A DNA stretch of 63,238 nucleotides, filler included, from Candidatus Rokuibacteriota bacterium (GTDB lineage Bacteria > JAUVQV01 > DATDCY01): assembly GCA_031406795.1 (NCBI GenBank). It is 10 parts of 10 records of this genome, joined end to end, with 100 filler letters (N's around TTAATTAATTAA, not from the genome) between each part and the next. Parts side by side here need not be neighbours in the genome. Positions count along the whole stretch, not along the records: positions 42,058 to 48,969 come from JANOHV010000222.1; positions 49,070 to 52,750 come from JANOHV010000249.1; positions 52,851 to 58,014 come from JANOHV010000256.1; 7 more parts are not named here. One strand, written 5' to 3'. The translations under genes and the position numbers were made by a program. The notes under the pieces are model-generated. The model made no database searches. It was not told where the DNA came from and saw nothing but the letters and a program-made list of their open reading frames with translations. This document shows, one piece after another, positions 43,841 through 54,585 of the stretch. The first letter of the stretch is position 1; each line of letters opens with the position of its first letter.

Positions 43841-44296
43841 ATGATTGCGCTCGTGGTGAACGGCAAGCGGTACGAGGCGGACGTCGAACCTGAAGCTTCG
43901 CTGCTCTGGGTCCTGCGCGAGCACCTCGGCCTGACCGGCACGAAGTTCGGCTGCGGCAAAGGGATTTGCGGATCCTGCACGGTCCACATCGACGGACGGG
44001 CGACGCGCTCCTGTCAGACCTCGGTCGGCGCGGTCGCCGGCAAGGCCATCACCACCATCGAGGGCCTCCCCGCCGACCACCCGGTGAAGAAGGCCTGGTT
44101 CACCGGCGAGGTCGTGCAGTGCGGGTACTGCCAGCCGGGCCAGATCATGCAGGCGGCGGCCCTCTTCGCCGAGGATCCCCGCCCCTCCGAGGAGAAGATC
44201 GTCAAAACCATGGACCACAATCTCTGCCGCTGCGGCACCTATCCGCGCATCCGCGCCGCGCTCGTCAAGCTCGCCAGGGAAGGAGGCGCGCCGTGA
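43841..44296 (+). CDS. (2Fe-2S) small subunit, IorA/CoxS family
   Basis: GTKFGCGKGICGSCTV, QCGYCQPG, NLCRCGTY; AAGGAGG RBS. Confidence 0.93.
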   Translation: MIALVVNGKRYEADVEPEASLLWVLREHLGLTGTKFGCGKGICGSCTVHIDGRATRSCQTSVGAVAGKAITTIEGLPADHPVKKAWFTGEVVQCGYCQPGQIMQAAALFAEDPRPSEEKIVKTMDHNLCRCGTYPRIRAALVKLAREGGAP

Positions 44297-46428
44297 GCAA
44301 CGGGCTGACGCGACGCGAGTTTCTGCAGTACTCCGGCGCCGGGCTCACGCTGGCGGTCGTCTTCGCGCCTTTCGGCCTGCGCCTCGCCGGGGCCGAAACC
44401 GCGGCCGATTTCCGGCCGAACGCCTGGCTGACCATCCATCCCGACGACCGCGTGACCATCATCGTCGCCAAGTCCGAGATGGGACAGGGAGTTTACACCT
44501 CGCTGCCGATGCTCGTAGCCGATGAACTCGAGGCGGACTGGGCGCGGGTCGCCATCGCGGTCGCACCGGCGCGCGACGAGTACAAGGACCCGCTGTTCGG
44601 CATGCAGGCCACGGGGGGCAGCACCAGCGTCAGGCACCTGTACGAGCCCCTGCGGCAGGCTGGTGCAGCGGCGCGGTTCATGCTCGTCGCGGCCGCAGCA
44701 AAGCGCTGGGGGGCACCGGCGGGCGAATGCATTGCCGCGCGAGGGGTCATCACCCACAAGCCGAGCGGCCGCATGGCAAGCTACGGCGAGTTGTCCGCCG
44801 AAGCCGCGGCCATCCCGGTCCCCGCGGACCCGCCGCTGAAGAAGAAGGGAGAGTTCCGCCTGATCGGGTCGCCGCTGCCACGCGTCGACACCGCCTCGAA
44901 AGTGAGCGGCTCGGCCGTCTTCGGCCTTGATGTCCGCGTGCCGGGGATGCGCTATGCCGTTCTCGCTCGTCCGCCGGCCTACGGCGCCAAAGCGCTGTCC
45001 TCGAACCATGAGGCGGCGCTGAAGGTCCCCGGCGTGGAGGGCGTCCTGCCGATCGACCGCGGCGTGGCGGTCTGGGCGCGCACGATCGAAGCCGCCTGGA
45101 AGGGGCGCGAAGCACTGGCCGTACAATGGGACAAGGGCGTCGACCCCGCGCTGAGCGACAAGTCCCTGCGCGAGATTTTCGCCGCGCACCTCGGCAAGGA
45201 AGGCCTCGTCGCCCGCACGGAGGGCGACACGAAGGCCGCCCTCGCCGGAGCGGCGAAGAAGATCGAGGCGCGCTATTTCCTCCCGTATCTCGCCCACGCC
45301 ACGATGGAGCCGATGAACGCCACGGCATCGGTGACGAAAGAGCGCTGCGAACTCTGGCTGCCCACCCAGAACCAGACCGGCGCCCAGGGCCTGGCCATCA
45401 AGATCAGCGGCTTGCCCGCCGACAAGATCACCGTCAACACCACGTTCCTCGGCGGCGGCTTCGGTCGGCGCTTCGAGATGGACACCGTCGAGGAGGCGCT
45501 GCTGATCGCCAAGGCCGCGGGCGTCCCGATCAAAGTCGTCTGGACCCGCGAGGAAGACCTGCAGTACGACTACTACCGGCCCGGCAACGCCGCCCTGCTC
45601 GAGGGCGGGCTCGACGGGCAGGGGCGCCTCGTCGCCTGGCGCATGAAGGTCGCGGTGCCACCGATCTTCGAACGGGTCTTCCCGGGGATGGTCAAGGACG
45701 GCATCGACCTGGCCGCCATCGACGGGCTCCGGGAGCTGGAGTACGAGATCCCGAACCTCGCGGTCGAATACGTCCGCGTCGACACGCCGGTGCCGGTCGG
45801 CTTCTGGCGTTCCGTGGGCAACTCGCACAACGCCTTCACCGTGGAGTGCTTCATCGACGAGTTGGCCGGCGCTGCCGGGAAGGACCCGCTCGAGTTCCGC
45901 CTCGGCCTGCTCAAGGAGCACCCGCGCGCGGCCCGCGTCCTCCGGCTGGCTGCGGAGAAGGCGGGCTGGGGAACCGCACGCCCCGCCGGACGGGCGCTCG
46001 GGCTTGCCTACTTCCACTCCTTCGACAGCCGCGTCGCGCAGGTGGCGGAGGTCTCGCTGCGCGATGCGACCCGCGAGATCGTCGTCCACCGCGTCGTCTG
46101 CGCCGTGGACTGCGGCGTCGTCGTGAACCCCGACACGGTACGGGCGCAGATGATGGGCGGGTGCCTGATGGGGCTGAGCGCCGCGCTGAAGGAAGCCGTC
46201 GCCTTCGCCGACGGCGGCAGCCGCTCTTCGAACTTCGGGGACTACCGGATCCTGCGCAACAGCGAGTCGCCCCCGGTCGAGGTGCACATCGTCGAGAGCG
46301 ACGAGAAGCCCTGCGGCATCGGCGAGCCGGGCGTTCCACCCATCGCGCCGGCCGTGGCCAACGCCCTCTTCGCGCTCTCCGGCGCCCGCCAGAGAGAACT
46401 GCCGCTGCGCATGGCCGCCCGGGGCTGA
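44293..46428 (+). CDS. Molybdopterin large subunit, IorB-like aldehyde/isoquinoline oxidoreductase (Tat-exported)
   Basis: TRREFL Tat motif, SEMGQG, TGGSTS, LGGGFGRR, FWRSV, GIGEPGVPP. Confidence 0.92.
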   Translation: MSNGLTRREFLQYSGAGLTLAVVFAPFGLRLAGAETAADFRPNAWLTIHPDDRVTIIVAKSEMGQGVYTSLPMLVADELEADWARVAIAVAPARDEYKDPLFGMQATGGSTSVRHLYEPLRQAGAAARFMLVAAAAKRWGAPAGECIAARGVITHKPSGRMASYGELSAEAAAIPVPADPPLKKKGEFRLIGSPLPRVDTASKVSGSAVFGLDVRVPGMRYAVLARPPAYGAKALSSNHEAALKVPGVEGVLPIDRGVAVWARTIEAAWKGREALAVQWDKGVDPALSDKSLREIFAAHLGKEGLVARTEGDTKAALAGAAKKIEARYFLPYLAHATMEPMNATASVTKERCELWLPTQNQTGAQGLAIKISGLPADKITVNTTFLGGGFGRRFEMDTVEEALLIAKAAGVPIKVVWTREEDLQYDYYRPGNAALLEGGLDGQGRLVAWRMKVAVPPIFERVFPGMVKDGIDLAAIDGLRELEYEIPNLAVEYVRVDTPVPVGFWRSVGNSHNAFTVECFIDELAGAAGKDPLEFRLGLLKEHPRAARVLRLAAEKAGWGTARPAGRALGLAYFHSFDSRVAQVAEVSLRDATREIVVHRVVCAVDCGVVVNPDTVRAQMMGGCLMGLSAALKEAVAFADGGSRSSNFGDYRILRNSESPPVEVHIVESDEKPCGIGEPGVPPIAPAVANALFALSGARQRELPLRMAARG

Positions 46429-46438
46429 GGCGGGGACG

Positions 46439-47284
46439 ATGCCGGTCTTCGAGGAACTCGTCCGCTCGCGGGCGGAGGGGAAAAAGTCGGCTCTGGCGCT
46501 CATCGTCGAGTGCGTGGGGTCCTCGCCGCAGAAGGAAGGCGCCAAGATGCTGGTGCGGGAGGACGGGACGATCGTCGGCACCCTCGGCGGGGGCTGCCTC
46601 GAGGAGGAAGTGCGCCAGGTCTGCCTCGCCGCGATCCAGGAGGGGACCCCGACGACGATCTCCGTCGAACTCACCGAGCGCGAAGGCGGCATGGTCTGCG
46701 GGGGGCGGGTCCTCGTCTACATCGAGCCGGTCCGCCCCGAGCCGCGGCTCGTCATTCTCGGGGCGGGGCACGTGGGCCGGTCGCTCGCGCGCTCGGCGGC
46801 CCACGCGGGCTTTCGCGTGACCGTCGTGGACGACCGCGCCGAGCATGCCGCCGCGGAGCTGTTTCCCGACGCCGAGCGGATTCTCGTCGCGCCCTTCGTC
46901 TCGGCTCTCGAGGGCGCGGGGATCGACGACAACACCTATCTGCTCGTCGCCACCCGGGGGCACCTCCAGGATTTCGACGCGGTCGCGGCCGCGCTGCGCA
47001 CCCCGGCCCGCTACGTCGGCCTCGTCGGCAGTCGGCGCAAGAAGAAGCTGCTCGCCGAGGAGCTGGAGCGGCGGGGCTTCGACGCGGCGGCACGCGCGCG
47101 GGTCGTCACGCCGGCGGGGCTCTCCATCGGTTCGGTCACGCCGGAGGAGATCGCGGTGAGCATCGTCGCCCAGATGATCGAAGCCAGGAGGTCCCATGAG
47201 CGGACGGATCGCGGCAGTGCTCCTCGCAGCGGGACGCTCGCGGCGGATGGGTGCCAGACTCAAGCAACTGCTCCCCTACGGTGA
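46439..47284 (+). CDS. xdhC: XdhC/CoxI Moco-insertion chaperone
   Basis: GSSPQKEGAKM, GTLGGGCLE, GMVCGG, GAGHVG, TPEEIAVSI. Confidence 0.88.
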   Translation: MPVFEELVRSRAEGKKSALALIVECVGSSPQKEGAKMLVREDGTIVGTLGGGCLEEEVRQVCLAAIQEGTPTTISVELTEREGGMVCGGRVLVYIEPVRPEPRLVILGAGHVGRSLARSAAHAGFRVTVVDDRAEHAAAELFPDAERILVAPFVSALEGAGIDDNTYLLVATRGHLQDFDAVAAALRTPARYVGLVGSRRKKKLLAEELERRGFDAAARARVVTPAGLSIGSVTPEEIAVSIVAQMIEARRSHERTDRGSAPRSGTLAADGCQTQATAPLR

Positions 47285-47804
47285 GCGCACGGCGGTCCGG
47301 CGCTGCGTGGAGACCATCCGGGAGGGCGGCATCGAGCGGATCGTGGCGGTCGTCTCGCCGCGCGAGGATCTGCGCGCCGCCTTCGCCGGGTTGCCGGTGC
47401 GTCTGGTCGTGAACGCCGACCCCGAGAGCGACATGCGGTCTTCCGTGCGCGTCGGCCTGGAGACGCTCGATGAGGACGCCGAGGCCGTGCTGATCTGCCT
47501 CGCCGACCACCCCCTGGTGCGCGCGGCGACGATCCGCGCGCTCGCCGCGGAACACGCCGCCCACCCCGCGGCCATTCTCGCACCGGCCTTTCGCGGCCGC
47601 CGCGGCCACCCGGTGCTCTTCCCGCGCAAGGCCCTCGACGGGATCGCCGCCGGCCTCACGCTGCGCGAGGCGCGGGATCTCTGGCCCGGCGGCGTGCGCG
47701 AGGTCCCCGTCGCCGACGAAGGGGTGAGCATCGACGTCGACACGCCCGAGGAGTATGCGCGGGCGAGGGCGTATGCGGAGCGGGAGGGAGGGGCGCATGG
47801 GTAA
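47196..47804 (+). CDS. MocA-like molybdenum cofactor cytidylyltransferase
   Basis: LLAAGRSRRMG, LADHP, GHPVLF, DVDTPEEY. Confidence 0.85.
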   Translation: MSGRIAAVLLAAGRSRRMGARLKQLLPYGERTAVRRCVETIREGGIERIVAVVSPREDLRAAFAGLPVRLVVNADPESDMRSSVRVGLETLDEDAEAVLICLADHPLVRAATIRALAAEHAAHPAAILAPAFRGRRGHPVLFPRKALDGIAAGLTLREARDLWPGGVREVPVADEGVSIDVDTPEEYARARAYAEREGGAHG

Positions 47805-48897
47805 AGCCCCCGAGGCCGCCGGCGCGCGCGGGCACGCCCGAGCCCACGGACGCGTGGGCACGAAGGCCGTGCCCGTCGCCCGGGCCGTCGGGCTGGCCCT
47901 CGCCCACGATCTCACCGAAGTGCGGGCGGATGGCGGGAAGGGCGCGGCGTTTCGCCGGGGACACATCATCCGCGAGGAGGACCTCCCCCGCCTGCTCCGC
48001 TGCGGCAAGGAGCACGTGTTCATCCTCGAGATCGCCCCGGACGAACTGCACGAGGACGAGGCCGCAGTGCGCCTCGCCGCCGCGCTCGGCGGCGTTGGCG
48101 TCTCGCCCTCGGGGGAGCCGCGCGAGGGCCGGGTCGACCTGGTCGCCTCCCGCGACGGACTGCTGAAGATCGACCGCGAAGCCCTCCTGTCCTTCAACCT
48201 CCTCGGAGAGGTGATGTGCGCCACGCTGCACACGAACACGCTGGTCCGCCAGGGACAGCGCGTGGCCGGAACCCGGGCGATCCCGCTGGTTGTCCGCAAA
48301 TCGCTTGTCAGCGAGGCGGTCCGCCGCGCCGCCAGCGCCGCGAACGGCGTGATCGCCGTGCTGCAGATCGCCCGGCCGCGCATCGGCGTCGTGGTCACGG
48401 GCAGCGAGGTCAGCCGCGGTCTCGTGCAGGACCGCTTCGGCCCGCTGCTGGAGCGCAAGGCCGCGGCCCTCGGTGGCGATGTCGTCGGCGTGCGGATCGC
48501 CCCCGACGACGAGGGAGAGATCGCGGCGCGCCTGCAGGAGCTGCTCGCGGCGGGGGCGAACCTGCTGGTCGCGACGGGCGGGATGTCCGTCGACCCCGAC
48601 GACCGCACCCGCTTCGCCGCGGACCGGCTCGGCGCGCGCGGGATCGTCTACGGAGCCGCCGTCCTGCCCGGATCGATGTGCCTGGTCGCGTACCTGCCCG
48701 GCGCCGAAGGAGAGATCCCGCTCGTCGGCCTGCCGGCCTGCGCGCTCGCCCACAAGGCGACGGTCTTCGACCTGATCCTGCCGCGGCTGCTCGCCGGGGA
48801 GCGCATCGGCCGCCGGGAACTCGCCGAACTGGGGCACGGCGGCCTCTGCCTGCGCTGCGAGCGCTGCGACTTCCCGCGCTGCCCCTTCGGAAAGTAA
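47797..48897 (+). CDS. MoeA-like molybdopterin-binding protein
   Basis: LAHDLTE, LHEDEAA, VTGSEV, TGGMSVDPDD, C-terminal CLRCERCDFPRCPFGK. Confidence 0.85.
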   Translation: MGKAPEAAGARGHARAHGRVGTKAVPVARAVGLALAHDLTEVRADGGKGAAFRRGHIIREEDLPRLLRCGKEHVFILEIAPDELHEDEAAVRLAAALGGVGVSPSGEPREGRVDLVASRDGLLKIDREALLSFNLLGEVMCATLHTNTLVRQGQRVAGTRAIPLVVRKSLVSEAVRRAASAANGVIAVLQIARPRIGVVVTGSEVSRGLVQDRFGPLLERKAAALGGDVVGVRIAPDDEGEIAARLQELLAAGANLLVATGGMSVDPDDRTRFAADRLGARGIVYGAAVLPGSMCLVAYLPGAEGEIPLVGLPACALAHKATVFDLILPRLLAGERIGRRELAELGHGGLCLRCERCDFPRCPFGK

Positions 48898-49076
48898 GGT
48901 CTTCCCGGATTGCATCGACTGCGCCTGCGCCCCGTCCGGCACCCCCCGCTAAAACAGCCGACCCAACAGNNNNNNNNNNNNNNNNNNNNNNNNNNNNNNN
49001 NNNNNNNNNNNNNTTAATTAATTAANNNNNNNNNNNNNNNNNNNNNNNNNNNNNNNNNNNNNNNNNNNNCGTTCGA

Positions 49077-49679
49077 TCAGCGGTAAACTGACAGCAGCAG
49101 TCCCTCGGGAACGAGGTCTTCCCGCAGAACCACGCGCGGCGAAAGCCGCTCCCGGGCGAAGCAGAGCAGGCGTCCGGGGTCGACATAGTGCAGCTCGACG
49201 TCGTGGTGCGGCGCGCGCGCCGTCAGGAAGTCCGCGTGGAGCGTCTCCCGGGCGCAGCCGAAGAGCAATGGCAGGATCGCCTCCAGGCTCTCCCCGATCC
49301 CGCCGACGCGGAGATTGAAGACGCCGCAGGCGATCACCACGTCGAAGGCGCGATCGAAGGGCTGCTCCTCGATGTCCCTCACGGCGAACTGCGCCTGCGG
49401 GTACTTGCTGCCCGCGAGCGCGACGAGCCCGGGGTGCAGGTCGACGCCGGTGTACGCGCAGGCGATTCCGCGCGCGCGCAGAAATCCGTAGAGATCCCCC
49501 TTGCCGCAGCCGAAATCGAGCACGGATTTTCCTTCCAGGCCCCCGCAGACCGCGAGGAAGGCCTCGAAGCGCCGCAGCTGCCCTGCGGCGGTCCAGCGCA
49601 CCGCCTGCGGCGTGTCCCCGTGCAGGCGCAGGTGCAGTCCGAAGAAGTCGAGTAGTTCGCGCTTGCCATAGGGGTCCAT
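49077..49679 (-). CDS. Class I SAM-dependent methyltransferase
   Basis: SVLDFGCGKGDL, YTGVD, FDVVIACGVFN. Confidence 0.85.
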   Translation of the reverse strand: MDPYGKRELLDFFGLHLRLHGDTPQAVRWTAAGQLRRFEAFLAVCGGLEGKSVLDFGCGKGDLYGFLRARGIACAYTGVDLHPGLVALAGSKYPQAQFAVRDIEEQPFDRAFDVVIACGVFNLRVGGIGESLEAILPLLFGCARETLHADFLTARAPHHDVELHYVDPGRLLCFARERLSPRVVLREDLVPEGLLLSVYR

Positions 49680-49707
49680 CGCTTCTGCGCTCCCGGCCCG
49701 CCGCGGG

Positions 49708-52700
49708 TTAATCAGCCGCGGCCCGGGAGGCGATCGCCGCCTCGATCGCCTGCAGCAGCGGCTCGGTGCGGCTCGATTTCTCGAGAATCCGGACCACCCC
49801 GAGCGGTTGCAGGACCGCCATATCTGCCGAGGCCGCATCGCCGGTCAGCACGATCGCGGGCGCGGCATGGCCGGCGGCGCGGATCTCCCGCAGGACGCGC
49901 TCCCCGTTCGTGCCCGGGAGGTTCATGTCGACCAGCAGCACGTCGAAGGACCGGCCGGCGAGAGCCTCGAGAGCCGCCGCCGCGGAGTCCACGCCGGTGA
50001 GGCGGCAGCCCTGTCTGGCGCAGAAGTGCCGTGCCAGTTCGCGGTACTGCTCGTCATCGTCGATCATCAGCACGCGCCTCTCCGGCAGCGCGGCGGCGGG
50101 GCTGCCGCCGAGCGTCTCCCGGACCTTCGCCGCCAGCGCGCGCTCCGTGAAGGGCTTCTGGATAAAGGGTGTCCCCGAATCGAGGATGCCGTGGGGGGCG
50201 ATGGCCTCGTCCGGGTAGCCGGACATGAAAAGCACCTTGAGCCGGGGGCGTCCGCTGCGAAGCCGGCGTGCCAGTTCAGCGCCGCTCATCCCCGGCATGA
50301 TCACGTCGGTGACGACGAGGTCGGGCTCCAGCCCCGCTTCTTGGACCAGCGCCAGAGCCTCGAGGGGGCTGCCGACGGAGTTGATCCGATAGCCGCGGCG
50401 CGCCAGGACGGTCTCGCACAACTCCCGCAGCGCGGGCTCGTCCTCCACCAGAAGGATCAGTTCGCCGTGGCCCCGCGGCGTCTCCCGCTCGCCCCCGGCG
50501 GCGTTCGTCTCCGCCTCCGCCTCGGTTCGGGGCAGGTAGATCCTGAAGGTCGTGCCTTGCTCGGGCTGCGAAGAGGCCCAGATGTACCCGCCGGATTGCT
50601 TTATGATCCCGTACACCGTGGCCAGCCCGAGGCCGGTGCCCCTGCCCCGCGGCTTGGTCGTGAAGAACGGTTCGAAGATCCGGGCCATGGTCGCCTTGTC
50701 CATGCCGCACCCGGTGTCCGTCAGCGCGAGCATGACGTAGGCCCCGGGGGCGAGGCCCTGGTGGCTCGACGCAAAAGGCTCGTCGCGTTCGACATTCGCC
50801 GTCTCGATCTTCAGGCTGCCGCCGAGGGGCATTGCGTCGCGGGCATTGACCGCGAGGTTCGTGACAACCTGTTCGATCTGCCCCGGATCGGCCTTGATGC
50901 GGCTGGTGTCGGGGGCGAGCATGAGCTTCAGCTCGATGTCCTCCCCGATCAGCCGCCCGAGCAGCTGATCGAGATTCCGCAGAAGCGCGTTGAGATCGAG
51001 CACCTGGGGCTGCAGCGTCTGCTTGCGGCTGAAGGCCAGCAGCTGGCGGGTCAGCGTCGCCGAGCGCTGTCCAGCCGCCACGATCTGCTCGGCGAACCGG
51101 CGCAGGGGGCCTTCCGGCGGCAGTTGCTCCTGTAACATCTCCCCGTAGCCGAGGATGATCGCCGTCAGGTTGTTGAAATCGTGTGCCACGCCACCCGCGA
51201 GCCGCCCGAGGGCCTCGACCTTCTGGGCCTGGCGCAGCTGATCTTCCAGCCCGGTCTTCTCCCGGGCGGCGCGAAGGTGCTCGGTGACATCGTGCGCGAC
51301 GGCCGAATAGTTGACGATCCGTCGCGCGGCGTCGCACACCGGCGAGATCGTCACGTCCACCGTGAACTGAGAGCCGTCCTTCTTCCGGTTGACGACCCGG
51401 CCCTCCCAGACCGCGCCCGCGGTGACGGTCTCGCGGAGCTTGCGGTAGAAGGCGTCGTCCTGCTCCTCGCTGCAGAGCACGAGCGCACTTCGCCCGAGGA
51501 TCTCGGCGCAACCGTAGCCGGTCAGCCGCTCGAAAGCCGGGTTGACGTAGCGGATGACACCTTCGGAGTCGCTGATGACCACCGCCTCGCCCGATTGCTC
51601 GATGGCCGCCGCCAGACGGTCGCGCTCGGACTCCGCCCGCTTGCGCTCGGTGATGTCGATGGTGTACCCGGCAAGATAGCGGGCCCTCCCCGCGACCATG
51701 ATCGGGAACTTGATCGTGGTGTAGGAGCGGCCGCCGAATTCCTCGTCGACCGTGATCGCCCGGCCCTCCTCCATGACGCGCAGGTCGTCCGCGACCATGC
51801 TTCGGGATAACTCCGAGGGGAAGAGTTCGTCCATGCTCTTGCCGAGAGCTTCGGACAGCGGTTTCCCGAGCAGCACTTCGTAGTTCCTGCTCAGGCGCAA
51901 GGCTCGGATGTTCTCGTCCTTGAAGAAAACGTAGATCGGGCTGTGCTCCATGAATTGTCCGAAAATCGCCTCGCTCTCCCGCAGCGCTTCGTCCGCCCGG
52001 ATCCGTTCGGTGAGATCCCGCGCAAACGTGAAGAAGCGTCCGCCCGACTCCTTGACGTACTGAACGCTGAACTCCACATCCATGATCGTTCCATCTTTTC
52101 GCCGCCAGCGGGACACAAAGCGGTCGCTGCCGGCAGCCATGATGGAATGCATGTGGGCGGCAATCATCGCCGGCGATTCGGCGGCCTCGATATCATTCAG
52201 ATTCAGCCGGAGCATTTCCTCCCGCGGGTACCCCGTCAACGCGCAGAGGGCGTCGTTGACGTCCTGAATCCGGCCCGTGCCGTCGATGATCAGGAAACCA
52301 TCGAGCGTCGTGCGGGTCAGGGCTTCGTACTCCTGTCTCTTGCTGCTGCGCAAGGTCTCGATCAGCTCTGCGGTCGTCCTCCGGCCCCTCAGATAGACCG
52401 CCATGAGCGCCATGATTACCAGCGAGGTGAACCCGGCGCCCACCATCATCATGGTGCGCTGCAGCGATGACTCGCGCAGCACCGTGCCGGGGAAGGACTC
52501 GACGAAAACAATCAGCGGCGTTCCTGCATGATGAATGTGCCGGTACGCGATGATGCGCTCGGCGCGCCCGGCGGTGGCGCGGCTCGCGAACACTCCCTCC
52601 GGCCCCTGGAGCATGGGCGCCAGCAGATCCTGCGGGAGCATCGTTCCCGGTTTCGTGGCGGGCTCGCCGGAGCGGTTGACCAGCACACCGTTTTCATTCA

Positions 52701-52750
52701 CAACATTGATCGTGGTCTCGCCCGATAGCTGCAGGCGGGTGATGAAGTTG
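49708..52750 (-). CDS. Hybrid sensor histidine kinase (TM, 3 PAS, HisKA/HATPase, 2 REC; 5' truncated)
   Basis: GGVAHDFNN, NLAVNARDAM, FEPFFTTK, GTGLGL; receiver domains LLVEDE...DVIMP and LMIDDD...DMNLP. Confidence 0.92.
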
Positions 52751-52865
52751 NNNNNNNNNNNNNNNNNNNNNNNNNNNNNNNNNNNNNNNNNNNNTTAATT
52801 AATTAANNNNNNNNNNNNNNNNNNNNNNNNNNNNNNNNNNNNNNNNNNNNGTGGCCCGATCAGTA

Positions 52866-52962
52866 CCGTTCGCCCTGAGCCCGTCGAAGGGCGCTTGTAT
52901 GAAGACTCTTTCCCGTTCGTGGTTCGACCGTTCGTCAAGCTCACGGCTCACCACGAACGGGA
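52866..52962. repeat. REP-like inverted pair (CCGTTCGCCCTGAGC...GCTCACCACGAACGG)
   Basis: Imperfect inverted units next to a contig edge. Confidence 0.6.
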
Positions 52963-53076
52963 GAAGTTACCGCACTTCATTGAACGCTTACTGGGTTCGT
53001 CCATATTGACTTGCGATTTCCTGAGAGTAGCATAGTAACCTTTGCGAATGCCTGCGAACCCCGGAGGATCACACCC

Positions 53077-54429
53077 ATGAGGAAACACACCGGATCGTGG
53101 CGGATGGCGGCGGCGGTTGCGGCCATCGTCTGCGGCCTGGCGGCCGGGCAGGTTCGGGCTCAGCCCCGGCCCCAGCCTTCGGTTGATCCCGCCCCGGTGC
53201 CCGATTCCGCGATGCCGGTCCGCTGGGGCCTCGGCGAGGTCGTCGTCACGGCCCTCGCCAGCCACCCGCTGATCGGTCAGGCCGATGCCGGGGCGCGCGC
53301 CGCCGCCGCACGTCGCGAACAGGCGACCTCGGTCAGACTGCCCCAGGTGGCCGCGACCGCTGCCTGGAACTGGGGGGAAGTGCGCTCGCCGACGAGCGGG
53401 GATCAACAGACCAGCAGTACGACGTCGGTCAGGGGCACCGTCTCCCAACTGTTGGCCGACTTCGGCCGCACCGGCGCCTCGTTGGCCCGGGCGGGCGACC
53501 TGGCCGCCGCCGCGGCGCAGAGCGCCCGCTCGACGCGCGTGGAGGTCATCTTCGCCGCGGAGGTCGCCTACTTCAATGTCCTGCGGGCCGTGAACCTGCA
53601 GGCTGTCCGCCGCGAGACCGTGCGCCAGCGCGAGGCGCTGCAGCGACAGGCGCAAGCCTTTTTCGACGCCGGCCTCAAGGCGCGGATCGACGTCGTGCGG
53701 GCCGAGGCCAATTTATTCCAGGCTCGGGCCGACGCCGCCCGCAGCGAGCACGACGTGCGCACCGCGCGCCTGATCCTGCTCAACCGGATGGGGGTGGACG
53801 GGCCGGTTGATTTCGAGCTCGCCGGGGCTCCCGCCATGGTCGAGGCGGCCGGCACGCGCGAGGACTGGCTGCGCGAAGCCGACGAGCAGCATCCCGACCT
53901 CGGGGATTTGCGACTGCAGCTGGCGGCGGCCCGCAACAACCGCCTTTTCGTTCGCCGCGGCGACAACCCCTCGATCACGGCGGGCGGGAGCCTCGGTTGG
54001 TCGGGCACCGACGAACTGCCTGCAGACCGGGCGTGGTCGGTCGGCGCGCAGCTGAGCGTGCCGGTGTTCAACGGCCGCCTCACCCGCCAGCAGACCGCCG
54101 AGGCGGAGGCGCAGATCATCGCCGCCGAGTTCGCGCTCGGGGATCGACGCCGGCAGATCCGTCTCGAGATCGAGCAGGCGGAGCAGGCGATGCAGGACGC
54201 CGCCGAGCAGCTTGCCGCGAGCGACAAGGCGCGCGAGGCCTTCGCGGAGAACCTGCGGCTGGCTACCGGGCGCTACGAGGCCGGCGCGGCCGACATCATC
54301 GAGATGATCGACGCGCAGGTCCAGATGACGACGGCCGAAACCAATCTGGTGCAGGCGCGTTTCGACCAGGGGACGGCGCTCGCGACACTCTACCGCGCCC
54401 TTGGCCGCCTCCCTCAGTCAAACCGCTGA
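53077..54429 (+). CDS. TolC-family outer membrane efflux protein
   Basis: Signal peptide, LPQV...SQLLADFG, LSVPVFNG, RYEAG...IIEMIDAQ...LYRALG. Confidence 0.88.
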   Translation: MRKHTGSWRMAAAVAAIVCGLAAGQVRAQPRPQPSVDPAPVPDSAMPVRWGLGEVVVTALASHPLIGQADAGARAAAARREQATSVRLPQVAATAAWNWGEVRSPTSGDQQTSSTTSVRGTVSQLLADFGRTGASLARAGDLAAAAAQSARSTRVEVIFAAEVAYFNVLRAVNLQAVRRETVRQREALQRQAQAFFDAGLKARIDVVRAEANLFQARADAARSEHDVRTARLILLNRMGVDGPVDFELAGAPAMVEAAGTREDWLREADEQHPDLGDLRLQLAAARNNRLFVRRGDNPSITAGGSLGWSGTDELPADRAWSVGAQLSVPVFNGRLTRQQTAEAEAQIIAAEFALGDRRRQIRLEIEQAEQAMQDAAEQLAASDKAREAFAENLRLATGRYEAGAADIIEMIDAQVQMTTAETNLVQARFDQGTALATLYRALGRLPQSNR

Positions 54430-54583
54430 AAAGGGCCCATCTGCGGCGTTGGGCTTCGCCCCTCGTCGCTGCGGCGTACTGTTCGTACGCCTCACTCCTC
54501 GGGACTCGCCCGCCTTGCACCTGGACCCTTTTGAGCGGTTTGACTCAGTCACCGTTCACTGAGAAGGGCCCATCTGCGGCGCG
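54417..54583 (+). repeat. Family A element (54417-54544) plus a partial left end (54559-54583)
   Basis: GCTGAAAAGGGCCCATCTGCGGCGTTG...CGCCTTGCACCTGGACCCTTTTGAGC; contains the TolC stop codon. Confidence 0.88.
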
Positions 54584-54585
54584 GG